From: Gemmatimonas sp.
Lineage (GTDB): Bacteria > Gemmatimonadota > Gemmatimonadetes > Gemmatimonadales > Gemmatimonadaceae
NCBI GenBank assembly: GCA_031414535.1
Contig: JANNVQ010000014.1
Location: 32,001-96,000, forward strand
DNA: 64,000 nucleotides
Direction: 5' to 3'
The notes under the pieces were generated by a model. The model worked only from the letters and a program-made list of their open reading frames with translations. It did not search any database and had not been told where the DNA came from. A program made the translations under genes and the position numbers. Positions 19,078 through 30,721 of this stretch are shown one piece after another; the stretch's first letter is position 1; every line of letters begins with the position of its first letter.

Positions 19078-20709
19078 GTGCACATCGCGGATATCCTGTC
19101 TGCCGGTCCCTACAACGTGGGCTTTGCCTCTGCGGTCGCGGTGGGGCTGGCGCTGGCCATCCGCGCCGGCCGGGCCCGCCACTTCCCACTCGCGGCGTGG
19201 TGCGCAGTGCTAGGTGCTGCACTCGCAGCTGGCATCGTCGGTTCCAAGCTGATCTTCCTCGACTTCCAGCCAATCGCGCCGGGGGAGAAGACCATTCTTG
19301 GTGCGCTCATCCTGGGCATCCTCACGGCGCTCGCGGCGGCGTCCACCTTCCGCATCGGCGCGTGGCGTGCGCTCGATGCCATGAGCGTGCCCACGCTCGC
19401 GGCGATGGCCGTGGGTCGGGTGGGGTGCTTCTTGGCCGGCTGCTGCGGCGGCACGCATAGTGATCTTCCTTGGGCGGTGCCGTCCCCGCGCCATGAAGGC
19501 TTGGTGCATCCGGTACAACTGTATGAGGCGGCGGGTGACCTGCTGCTAATTCTCGTGCTCAACCGACGCGGCAAGAATCTTCCCGAGGGAGAGCGCTTCC
19601 TTGGCGCTACACTCGGCTACATCGGCTTGCGCATCGCAATGGAGTTCATGCGAGATGGTCGCGCGCTATACGGCCCGTTGAACTTGGTGCAGTGGTCGTT
19701 GCTGGCGATTGGTACCGCGCTGACTGTGGTCGTGCTGCATCGCTCGTTCGGCATCCGGCCGGCCGCGCTCGTCGTCTCGACGAAGCGGAGTGAGATTTCC
19801 GCGCTTGGGGTGGCCGCGGGGATCGTTGTTGCCGTCTCGCTGGGCGGTTCGTGGTTTGTGCCGCTCGAGCAAGTGGTGATGCACGCACTCGCGCTTACGC
19901 TCGCGCTCGTGTGGACACTGAGTGCAGTGCCCCGCGCGGCCTGGAAGCTGGTGCCGCTGGCGCCCTTAGCCATGGCGCCAAGTTCGAGTGCGATGCTGGT
20001 CCTACAGGATCCTGCAGCCGTCGAAGAAACACGCTCGTCGATTGTGGTCTCCGGGAATCTGCGCAAAGGCAGATACCACCAGATTATCGGCGAGGAAATC
20101 GTTGGCGATTGCGAAGGAAACTACAGCGATCCCACCATCGCCACGAGGAACCAGTTCTCGACCGACATCCGTCTCGGCTACGAGCGCGCACGCGGCAATA
20201 GCAGCCGAGTGAAAGTGGAGGGTCGCTACTTGGGAGGAAATGACCGCTTGGACGTCGTGGAATCAGGACCCGTCAGCATGCCACCCCAGTCCCAAGTGTC
20301 CACCCGAGCGGCCGGCTTGGCCCTGATCTCGGAACGAACGCGCGGAATGTGGCGGATTGGTGCAATGCAAGGATCCCTCTCTAAGGAGGGCGTGGCGACG
20401 AATGCCGTCGTTCCATCTGCCGCGTTTCGCTTCCAGCTTTCGCCACGCGTCTTTCTGCACGGCGCAATCGCTCCGAAGGAATACTTCCCGTCCCTCGGCG
20501 AGTTCAGCTACGTCGGCGCCGGATACTCACGCGGCCTCGGCCGCACTCGATTTTCGGTCGGCGTCGGCGAAGGTGGCATCTTTGAGCTGATGGTGCCGGT
20601 GAAGAGCTCCGAAATAGAGATGACTTATAGTACGGTTTCCGCCTCCACCAATGCGAGAAGCGGCACTCTATTCACCCTTGGATACACGCAACGGATACGA
20701 CTCCGCTGA
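19078..20709 (+). CDS. Prolipoprotein diacylglyceryl transferase-like protein with extra TM helices and a C-terminal beta-rich domain
   Basis: GRVGCFLAGCCGG, LPWAV, HPVQLYE, RIAMEFMR Lgt motifs in the first ~215 aa; about 230-aa amphipathic beta C-terminus. Confidence 0.7.
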   Translation: MHIADILSAGPYNVGFASAVAVGLALAIRAGRARHFPLAAWCAVLGAALAAGIVGSKLIFLDFQPIAPGEKTILGALILGILTALAAASTFRIGAWRALDAMSVPTLAAMAVGRVGCFLAGCCGGTHSDLPWAVPSPRHEGLVHPVQLYEAAGDLLLILVLNRRGKNLPEGERFLGATLGYIGLRIAMEFMRDGRALYGPLNLVQWSLLAIGTALTVVVLHRSFGIRPAALVVSTKRSEISALGVAAGIVVAVSLGGSWFVPLEQVVMHALALTLALVWTLSAVPRAAWKLVPLAPLAMAPSSSAMLVLQDPAAVEETRSSIVVSGNLRKGRYHQIIGEEIVGDCEGNYSDPTIATRNQFSTDIRLGYERARGNSSRVKVEGRYLGGNDRLDVVESGPVSMPPQSQVSTRAAGLALISERTRGMWRIGAMQGSLSKEGVATNAVVPSAAFRFQLSPRVFLHGAIAPKEYFPSLGEFSYVGAGYSRGLGRTRFSVGVGEGGIFELMVPVKSSEIEMTYSTVSASTNARSGTLFTLGYTQRIRLR

Positions 20710-20731
20710 CCGGTTGCCCTGCGACACCGTG

Positions 20732-21316
20732 TCAGGGCGCCATCGTGCCCGTAATCATGATATGCGCCTTCGGAGTGCCCGGAAACATGATCCAGGGTCC
20801 GTGCGCCGTGGGCACCGCGCTGATGCCGATTGAGGCAGGTGTCGCGTTCGGCACGTAGACGACCGTGAGGGGCGCCGCGCCCGTCAGCGTGTTCGTCTGC
20901 GGATTGAAGTTTTCCTTGGGCGCCGACAGCGAATACAGCGTGCCCATCGCGGGCATGCGGAGGCGTCCGCTCGCGACTTCCGCGAAGCGTAGGGTATCAA
21001 CCTGCTGGGCGTCCACGCCCTGCTCGCGCAACTCACGGCCGCGGGCCATGAAGGGTTCGAGCGAGTCGGAGTAGCAGGCTACGTGGAAGTTGCCGCGCAC
21101 CACATAGAGCGCGAGGCAAGTCATGCCGTTGGTGCCGCGGCGGAGCACGACGAGCCTGTTGGCCTCGCGGTATCCCATCACGGTGGCATTGGCGCGGAGA
21201 TCGGCCGGCAACGGCAGCACGGCCGCCGCGATCTGCTGCGCCGCTGGAGGAATGCTCGGCTGTTGCGCTCCAAGCGAGATTGCGAGGAGCGGTAGGCCGA
21301 GAAGCGTACGAAGCAT
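20732..21316 (-). CDS. Secreted hypothetical protein
   Basis: Signal peptide; GC-rich codon bias; GTNGMTCLA, FHVACY, PWIMFPGTPKAHIM segments; function unknown. Confidence 0.7.
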   Translation of the reverse strand: MLRTLLGLPLLAISLGAQQPSIPPAAQQIAAAVLPLPADLRANATVMGYREANRLVVLRRGTNGMTCLALYVVRGNFHVACYSDSLEPFMARGRELREQGVDAQQVDTLRFAEVASGRLRMPAMGTLYSLSAPKENFNPQTNTLTGAAPLTVVYVPNATPASIGISAVPTAHGPWIMFPGTPKAHIMITGTMAP

Positions 21317-21354
21317 CGGAGGTCCGGAGTAGAAGTTGCGGCGCTTGGAATTCT

Positions 21355-21627
21355 TCAGCGCAGAAAGCGAGTGGCGAGCTGTTCGAGCCTATCATCGCTG
21401 TTCTTTTCGGCTTCGGCAAGTAACTCCTTCACGAAGGGCTTGAGCTTGGGTTCGCCCCAGTAGTAACCGGTGGCGCGCTCGGCGAGTTGAGTCTCCCCTA
21501 CGCGCGCCGCCTCAAGCAGCGCCCGCGCGGCCACACGGTCAAACTCGGGATCGTCGCGGTCGGGAAGTCCGTAGTTTCGGCGGGGCATTTCGCCTTCCGC
21601 GTCGTCGCGCAGGAATGCCATGGACAT
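21355..21627 (-). CDS. Small hypothetical protein
   Basis: 90-aa ORF with normal composition, 9 nt downstream of the DoxX-like gene on the same strand. Confidence 0.65.
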   Translation of the reverse strand: MSMAFLRDDAEGEMPRRNYGLPDRDDPEFDRVAARALLEAARVGETQLAERATGYYWGEPKLKPFVKELLAEAEKNSDDRLEQLATRFLR

Positions 21628-21636
21628 GAGTGAAAC

Positions 21637-21996
21637 CTAGGCCAAATGGGTCGTGAGTCCAGACGCGTTCCACGCGATGATGGCATTCACCACCATCAGC
21701 ACGCCAGCGGGAAGTATTTCGCGCAATGAATCGCGCTGCCGAACGCGAGTGAGCAGACCCAGTAACATCAAAAGTGCCAGGCCGCCGGCACTGACAATGA
21801 GCAGGACCGGAATCCATTGCCCTACAACAAGACCGACGGCTCCAAGCACTTCAAGCGTCCCTACCAAGATACGCAAGTCCGCCATACCGAAGCGTTCGAA
21901 GTCATCGGCCATTCCATTCGCACAGAGGCAGGAGATGCCGTAGTAGAGGAATACGATAGCCGACAACGCGGTCAACACTTGGTATGCGAGGATCAC
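21637..21996 (-). CDS. DoxX-family membrane protein
   Basis: Four TM segments; FERFG...VGTLEVLGAVGLVVG motif. Confidence 0.8.
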   Translation of the reverse strand: MILAYQVLTALSAIVFLYYGISCLCANGMADDFERFGMADLRILVGTLEVLGAVGLVVGQWIPVLLIVSAGGLALLMLLGLLTRVRQRDSLREILPAGVLMVVNAIIAWNASGLTTHLA

Positions 21997-22017
21997 GCAA
22001 GACTAAGTGCCGAGCGG

Positions 22018-25000
22018 CTATTTCGGTGCCCGCGGCGCCACGTGAACATTGCGCAGGCCGCCCTCGTCTCGCAGCGGGATGTCCACGCCGTCAAGAAGCT
22101 CTCCGTCCACGCGTACCTGCGCCCCGCTGCTGGGAATGAGTCCGGGCCGATCTACGGTGATGCGGTATAGCGTCGCTCCAAAGCGATACTCAACAATCAT
22201 CTCCGGCCACGACTCGGGTACACAGGGTTCAATGCGCAGGGTGTTCCCGCGCTTGCGAAAGCCGATGAGCGACTCGAGGCCCACGCGGTATATCCAACTC
22301 GCCGAACCCGTGTACCAAGTCCAACCGCCACGTCCAAGCGCCCCGCTGGTGGTGTAGACATCGGCCGCCACCACATACGGCTCAACTCGGTAGGTCGCGA
22401 CCTTTTCCGGCGTGTCCGCGTGCGTCAGCGGGTTGAGCATCTGGAACCAACCAAAGGCTCGTGTTGCGTCACCTTGGACTGCCGCTGCGAGCACCGCCCA
22501 GAGCGCCGCGTGCGTATACTGCGCGCCGTTCTCTCGCACTCCTGGCACGTACCCCTTGATGTAACCCGGATCGTTGGGCATCGCATCGAAGGCCGGCGTC
22601 AGCAGCTTGATCAAGCCTGCATCAGCGTCCACCAAGTGTTCCTCAAGCGCGCGCATCGCCTGTGAGGCGCGCGCCTGTGGCGCCGCACCTGATATCACAG
22701 CCCAACTCTGCGCGATTGCATCAATCTTGCACTCAGCCTGAGTCGCTGAGCCGAGTGGTGTGCCGTCATCAAAGAAGGCACGACGATACCACTCACCGTC
22801 CCAGCCGTGGCGCTCCACGGCCTCGGCGTACGCGTCAGCAATCGCGCGAAACTCTCGTGCCGTAGCGTTGTCGCGGCGCGCGTCCGATTGCAGCGCGAAG
22901 GTACGTAAGGTCGTGATGAGGAACCAGGCTAGCCACACGCTTTCGCCGCGGCCGTCCTTTCCCACGCGGTTCATTCCGTCGTTCCAGTCGCCGATGCCAA
23001 TCAAGGGCAATCCGCGCTCGCCCTGTGTGCACGCGCGTCGCAGTGCGCGCAGGCAGTGCTCATAAACACTCGCCCGCTCGCTTGACGTTGCTGGTTGGTC
23101 GTAGATCTCGTGCTCATGTGGTTCGAGACTCCGCATCGTGAGGAATGCCACTTCCTCATCGAGCACGGACGCATCACCCGTGACCCGTACGTAGTGATCC
23201 ACCACGTACGGAAGCCACACTAGATCATCCGAAAAGCGCGTGCGCACACCGCGCCCCGAGGCCGGATGCCACCAGTGTTGCACGTCGCCCTCCACGAACT
23301 GCCGCGCGCTCGACCGCAGGATGTGCTCTCGAGCCAGCGCGGGCTCAGCGTAAACGAAGGCCATCACGTCTTGCAGCTGATCGCGGAACCCATACGCGCC
23401 GCCGCTTTGGTACACGGCTGAGCGTGCCCACATGCGGCAGGAAAGTGCCTGATACAGCGACCAGCGATTCACGATGGCGTCGAAGAGCGGCTCTGGCGTC
23501 GTCACCGTCACCACCGAGAGCCGACGCTCCCACGCGTCAACGGACTGCGCAAGCGCAGCAGCGGCCTGTGCGGGGTCCCGATAGCGATCAATCAGCGTGA
23601 GCGCCGCAGGCGCTGTGGACGCCGCGCCAAGTATCGCCGACACCGTGCGCGCCTCGCCGGCCGCAAGCTCGATAGTCACGCGTAGCGCGGCACAGGGGTC
23701 TACGCCAAGCCCGGTGCCCCCGCCAAGCTCGCTACGGCGCATGCCCGCTGGCACCCGCAGTGAGCCATTGCGCCCGATGAACTCTCGGCGTTCGCCCGTG
23801 TGCGAATCAATCGGCTCGCTGAGTGCCGCGAAGGCCAGCCACTCCGCGAACTCCGGGTCAAAGGGATTTGAGGCCACGATCGCGCTACGCGCTGCGTCAA
23901 AGCGTGTGTGCACTCGGTGCTGCGTCTGCTCGCGTAGCACGCCCAGCGTCCATTCTGTGTACGAGGTGAGGGTGAGGCGCCGCGGCCGCGTGCTGTGATT
24001 GGTAATCTCGAGGATGCCAAGCTTCACCGCGTCTTCTGGCGCCATGCCGACGCTCAAGTGCGTGGCCACGCCATCCCGCTCGTGACGGAAGATGGACCGC
24101 CCTGGCGCGTGCTCTACGTCGTAGGGCTCGACACCACGCACCGGTGCGGGAGTCACGCTCCAGAACTCACCGCTTTCTTCATCACGCAGATACAGCGCTT
24201 CACCCACCGGATCCGTGACGGGGTCATTGGACCAAGGCGTGAGCCGAAAGAAGTAGCTGCTGCCAGCCCACATGAACCCGCCGCCACTTTCAGTGACGAC
24301 GAAGCCACCGGCGGCATTCGCAATCACATTTGACCACGGCGCTGGTGGTACGTCAATGTCGCGCACCGCGATGCGATAGTTGCCCTCTGGTGTCAGTCCC
24401 CCGTGCCCGTTCCACGCGCGGAGCTTGAGTTGCGCATCGGTCGTCACTGCTGGTCCGGCGCGGCGGTGGCGTTCCGGCACGGGCAGGCGCGGATCACTTG
24501 GGCCCTCGAGCGCCTTCGCGAAGTCCAAAGCCATGCGCCGCAGCGTGCGGCCGTCGCATACTATAGAAAGGCGGGCTACGGCGGCGAGCGTGGCGACGTC
24601 GGCCGCACCGAGCGCACTTCGGTTGCGCACGTGCACTCCCACGGGGGCGTCGAGCACGGCAGATCCGCCCGCCGCGAGGATCAATTCCTTGATGCGCGAT
24701 TGCAGATTCTGTATGTATCCTTCCGCCTCGTCCACCACGACAACGAGGTCTACGGTAACGCCGCGCAGCTTCCAGTAGCGATGGGCGGTAAGCAGGTGCT
24801 GCAGCGAAGGGAGCCCCGCGGCCGTCGCCACGGTGGCTAGCACGACGGGCGAGTCGCCGGAGATTCCGTGTGTCCAGAGTGTCTGCTGCCAGCCATCGGC
24901 GCGCGTTGCAATCACACGCTCCTCGCGCATCACGCTGTCGGGAAACAGGATGTAGCCCACGAGATCTTGGCAGGCCGCCGCGTCGGTGGGCGAGATTCCT

Positions 25001-28000
25001 AACTCGCGCAACTCTACCTGCGTGGATGTCCACGCGAGGTCGAGGGCACGCTGCGCCGCGTGCGGCCCGTGATAGCGGTCTGCCAACTCGAACGCCCGCG
25101 CACGCGTTTTGGCGACGAGCGTCGTGAATGCCACCGATGCTGATTCGCCGGGGGCCAAACGTACTCGTGTACGAATGGCAAACACAGGGTCGAGTACCGC
25201 GCCGATGGTGCCGGAGAGTGGCGAAGTCGTCGCGAGGGCCTCGGGGTCGCGCGCCGAACGTCCGCGACTAATAAAACGGTCACGGTCTGTCTCGTACTCG
25301 ACGTCGCCCACGCGCGAACGGCCAGTATCGGCCACGTGCACCATCCAGAGTGGCGCCTCCGTTGCGCTGCGAGGGCGCCGCGTGGCCGTGATGGCGTGGC
25401 ACCACTCGTGCCACTCTGTCTCCACGAACAGCTTGCTGAACGCCGGATGCGCACGGTCCGTCGCGCGAGGCGCCATGACGATTTCACCGTAGCTCGTGAG
25501 CTCTACCTCGCGCGTGGTTCTGCCGTTGTTCGTCACGGTGACGCGGCGCACTTCAGCGGAATCTTCCGGCACCACCACAATTTCCATCCGCGTCTCGATC
25601 ACGCCATCGGTGCGAAGCATCGTCACACGGTCCGTAGCAAGCCACACGCGGTATGAATCGGCTGCACGGCTCGTCGGAGCGTGCCCCGCTGACCAATAGT
25701 TGCCACTGCTCATGTCGCGGACGTAAATGAATTGCCCCATGTTGTCTCTGGTGCCGTCGGCGAGCCAGCGCGTGATGCTGGTGTCTTCGAAGCGACTGTA
25801 GCCGCCGCCTGCGTGCGTCACCATCACGGTGAGCGGGGCATGGCCGAGCAGGGCGACGTGAGGCCGCTGCGTATCGGGGGTGTCGTACTCACGGACCACG
25901 GGCCCCGAAAGCGTGGCATCCAGCGCCATCTCATCATCAGAGCGCAGCGGCGGGTCCTGATACTCCAAGCGGCGAGGTACGCGCTCGTCGAGCAACAGCG
26001 ACGTGGCGCGCACCATTGGATCAGCGTGGAAGCGCTCCTGCCAAATACGCTCTGACAATGTGTTGGTCAGCGCCACCAGTGTCATCCCGACATGATGAGC
26101 CATATAGCAGCGGACCAGTGCGAAGGTACTTCCCACTGCGGGGCGCGTGTAGTCGAGCGCGTCGTAGAAGCCCAGTTCGCCGTAGGCGCCCAAGAGTTCG
26201 AGCGCGCGCAAGTTGGCGAGTGCGCCCTCCGGGTCTAGCATCGTCGCGAGGCCGGAAGCGTAGGGCGCAATCACGTGATCACGTCCAAGACCACGCTTCA
26301 GTGCGAGGTCAGGGACGCCGAATGCGCGGTACTGATAGGTGAGATGGCGATCACGCACGTTGTACGCGCTCTCGCTCACCCCCCAAGGCGAACCCCGCTC
26401 GGCGCCATAGCGTACCTGCCGCTCAAGGGAGATCTCGCAGGCATGACCGAGCAGGGTCTCGCGGAAGGTGCGCATCACGAGGATGGGCATCAGGTACTCG
26501 AACATCGAACCGCTCCACGACACGAGCGCCGGCTTGCCGTGCGCCCATGTCATCGTGCGCCCCAGATGGAACCAATGCTCGGGTGGCACTTCATCTTTGG
26601 CCACCGCAATGAAGCTGGCCAACCGTGCCTCCGACGCGAGGAGGTCGTACGAAGAGTCGTCCGCCCGGTGCGTAGAAGCGTTGTAGCCAATCACGAAGAG
26701 CTTGCGTTCGGCGTCGTACAGGAAGCGGAAGTCCATCTCCTGCACATACCCGTCCGCCGCAACAGCGAGGCGCGTCAGGCGCGACGCGAGTGCAGAGTCC
26801 CGCGCCGCGTACGTGTCGGCATACTCCAACACGGCTTGGCGGAGCGCAATCAGATGCCCCGCTAGATTCCCGCTATCCACCGTTGAGACGTAGGTGGGCT
26901 CTAACACACGTAGGTCCGGCAGCGCATACCAGTTCAGAAAGTGGCCGCGATGCCTCTCCAGCTTCTCGAGAGTTGTGAATGCGCGTTCGAGGCGATCAAC
27001 CATCACGCTTGCTTCAATGAAGCCAAGGTCGTGCGCACTCACGGTGGAGAGCAGCTGCAACCCGATGTTGGTAGGCGAGGTCCTGAGCGCCACAACCTGC
27101 GTTGGATCCTCCTGAACATTGTCTGGTGCCAGCCAGGCACTCTCCTCGTTCACGAAGCGCGCGAAGTACTCCCAATGCGCGCGTGCGTAGCGCCGCGCCA
27201 ATTCGCGCGACTCCTCAGACAGCGGTGCAATGAGCCGCGCGCGCGGCAAACTCGTCGCGTAGGCTACCAATGGTGCCGCTAGCCAGAGGCCCACCAGCGG
27301 TACCACCGGCATGAACGGAAGATGGCTCCAACTCCCAACAATGACTGCGGCGGTGGTCGCCGGCCACATCGCCAGCACCGTGCCCACGATCGATTGCGCA
27401 TTCGAACGCTCGGTGAGCGCGGCAGACTGCCACTCGAGCAGCATGCGTTTGGTGACGAACAGGCGCCAGAGCGTGCGAATGATGGCATCCGCCGAGATCC
27501 ACGCGTGATGCGGAAGAAACATCAGAGCGAGCACAATCTGCTTGGCGCTCGTGACCGCATCGCGCCACACGGCGCCGTAGTACGCGCGCAGGGACCGTTC
27601 GGTAGCGGGGGCAACCAGCGCGATGAGCAGGCCAATGACCCAAGGCGCTGCCACGGCCAGGATACCAAGGACGGTCCACTGCCAGAGTGCGCCCGGCAGC
27701 AGGGTCCAACCGGCGAGGATGAAGACGAACTGTGCCAGTTCAGTCGTGCTGCGTCGCAGGTTGTCGAGAATCTTCCCGCGCGCGAGCAGACTGAGGCGGT
27801 TGCGTTCGTCGCCTTGCGGCCCTGGGACCTGCCCCGTGAGCCAGCGCAGCAGTTGCCAGTCACCGCGAATCCAGCGGTGCTTGCGCCGCGCGTGTGGGAG
27901 ATAGCGTGAGGGATAGTCGTCGAAGACCGTGAGGTCGGTGACGAGTCCGGCGCGCGCGTAGTTTCCCTCGATGAGATCATGCGAGAGCAGTGTGTTCTCA

Positions 28001-30188
28001 GGGAAGCGCCCGTGGGTCGCGGTCTCGAAGGCGTCCACGTCGTAGATGCCTTTCCCTGTGAAGCTGCCCTCGCCGTACAAGTCCTGGTACACGTCCGACA
28101 CCGCTGCGGTGTACGGGTCTACGCCGGGGTGGCCGGAATGCACGCCCGAGAAGAGCGTGTGATGCGCGCTGGCCAGCGAGACACCCACGCGTGGCTGCAG
28201 AATCCCGTAGCCGTGCACCACAGATCCGCGTTTTTCGTCGTACACAGCTCGATTCAGTGGATGCGCGATGGCCCCCACAAGCGCCGCCGCGGTATCTGGC
28301 GGCAGCACGGTGTCGGCATCGAGCGTAATGACGTACTTGACGCTGGTGAGTAACGCGACCTTACCCTCAATGTGCGTGAATGCCTTGGCGGCTCCGCCGC
28401 GCAGGAAGCGATTGAATTCCGCGAGCTTTCCGCGCTTTCGCTCCCAACCCATCCACGCACCCTGCGCCGCATTCCAATGGCGGGCGCGATGAAAGAGATA
28501 AAAGGCATCATGCGTCGCTGGGGCGTGACGGGCGTTGAGCGCGCGGATACCCTGCACCGCTGCGGCGATAATCGCGTCATCGCTCGGCATCGTCGCGTTG
28601 GGCGCATCCGTGAAATCGCTGAGCACGGCGAAGTGGAGATGCGGCCCCTTGTTGGCGATGTACTGCACTTCAAGATTCGACAGCGCTTCGTGCACGGCTT
28701 CCACGGAAGGAAACAGCGTGGGAATCACGACGGCCGTGCGATAGACCGCCGGAACGCCGCTCACACTAAAATCGAGCTTGGGCAACACCCGAGGCGGGAG
28801 GAGCCACGTAATCAACTGGCTCATCACACTGACGGAGACGTCGAGCGCCGGAAGGAACGCGATTCCAAGCACCAGCATCCAGGTGGCGACGCTGAGCGGC
28901 TCCGCGGTGCTTGCCACCATGGCTACAGGCAGCATCGCTGCGACGCCGGCCAACGCAATGCCTCCCACATACACGAGATTCGGGTGGCGCAGCGTCCAGC
29001 GATGCACGGCCAAGGAAGTCGGTGCAGCATAGTGCACTGCGGCTTCCAGCTCAGCAACTCCGTGGTCCACGAGCCAAAAGCCCACGTGCGAGCGACGAGG
29101 GTCCGGCAAATGCTTCGCGGCGAGGCCAACGGCGACGCGAGCGACTTCCCGCTCATCAGCGTCCGCGTATTTGGCGATGCGCTCCACCGCGTGGCGGTAG
29201 CTATCGCGTGTGGCGAAGGTCATCCCGGCGTACTCGCCCTCTGGATCTTTGCGGAGGATGACCTCCACCGCGCTGAGGCTCTCCACGAAGTCTCGCCAGT
29301 CGAGTTGCGCGATGCGCCGCAGGCTGGTGATGCTGTTGGCCATCATGAGCGTGGTGAGAGCCAATCGTTCGGCAGCGCGAGTGCTGGCCTCAGTTGGCCC
29401 AATGCCCTCTTCGGCAAACCACCGCTCGAGACCTACCAACGGCGCGGTTGCCCCGGCGGTGGCGCGTAGTTGTTGGAGCAGCCGCGAAACGAAGGCGGGC
29501 TGGACCGATGGACGCGCCTCGACGACACTAGCGAGCGCGTCGCGCATCCCTGCCTCGGAGCCATCGGAGGTGCGCAGGATACGCTGAGCCCACTTGTCGG
29601 CCAGCTCGACTTCCTCTACCCGCTGCGCCGAGCGCAATGCCATGCGACGAACGCTTTCAATCAGGCCGAGCCGAAGCATCGAGGGAACGGCCCAGAGCTC
29701 ACCGAGGCTGAGTGGTGTCTTCTCTTGATACGCGGCCACGAAGAGTTCGACGTCCGCCGCGTCAATGCGGCCCTCTGTGTGCGAGATGAGCGTGATGGCG
29801 ATCTCGTACACACGCGGATACTCCGCCAAGGGCCCGTTCAGCACGAGGGCTAACTCACGGAAGTACGATTCCGGAAGACTCTCCTCGACATGACTCGCGT
29901 GCTCTCGCACCACGTGAAAGTTGTCCAAGAGCCAGTCGCCCGAAGGACCGACGTCTGTTCCGCGCGCGGCCGCGGCCGAGAGCTCCGCGTACACGTCGTC
30001 AAGGATGACGCGCGACTGTGCCAAGCGGATGAGCAGACGCGCAGGGCGCGGCCGTAGGCGTCTCTCGCGGACGATCTGCTGTTGGCCGCAAGCTGGCGCG
30101 CGCGTGCGCCCAGATGCTCAGCGCCGAGGAGCTCGCCTCGGATCGGGCCCGCATACACGTCTTCCACCGTTGGCGGCGGTCTGCTCAT
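22018..30188 (-). CDS. cgs: Cyclic beta-1,2-glucan synthase (GT84 + glucoamylase-like + GH94 phosphorylase domains); reading frame broken by a frameshift near 30085
   Basis: WLLDNF, LGELWAVP, WMGWERKRGKL, ITLDADT, LLSHDLIEG, RWIRGDWQ, RTSPTNIGL, YDLLASEARL, YQSGGAYGFRDQLQD, GDWNDGMN, RENGAQYTH, WYTGSA. The typical N-terminus (PIRGELLGAEHL) lies in a different frame starting at ATG 30188. Confidence 0.9.
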
Positions 30189-30655
30189 GTAAGCGCGGCG
30201 GATCCATCCAGGAAGTCGCAACACTGCCGTTCCCGATAAAGGAGATCACGCCTCGTAGCTGCGACACACGCGTGGTCTTCTAAGCATACCACAATGTCGC
30301 GCGCTGAGGTCGCTGAGATTGTGGGGGGTGAGGAACCGACAGCGCTTAGCGCAATGCGACGGCGGGCCTCGCTACAGGCCAAACCATCGAACGAGACATC
30401 CTTCTCACTGGCCGCTAGCCGATACGGATCAATCGCCACCACTCTGAATCCACTCGCGATCAGTCGCTCGGCGAGTGGCTCTAGGCGCGCCGTGCCTCCG
30501 AGCAGACCGCTCAGCAGGACGACTGTTGGGCCGGACCCGCGCACGACCACGGCGGGCGGCGTCACTGGCGCATGCATCGCATCGAGCCGCGACGCATCGC
30601 CAATCACTGGGCAAATCACACTCACGAGCAGCAGCAGGGCACGCGCAGCAGTCAT
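30185..30655 (-). pseudogene. Truncated alpha/beta-hydrolase (N-terminal fragment only)
   Basis: Signal-like start, then GSGPTVVLLSGLLGG...LIASGFRVVAID...SFDGLA; hydrolase-like sequence stops near 30380, before any nucleophile elbow. Confidence 0.55.
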
Positions 30656-30721
30656 TGCGGTGGGTGAGGTTTCCTGATGATGGGAGTCTCTCCACACCGC
30701 GCGGAGACAGGAGCCAGTTCG

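Noticed and set aside
21355..21627. Resemblance of the MSMAFLRDD start to GreA/GreB-like N-termini
   Set aside because: Similarity limited to a few residues; no Gre C-terminal domain
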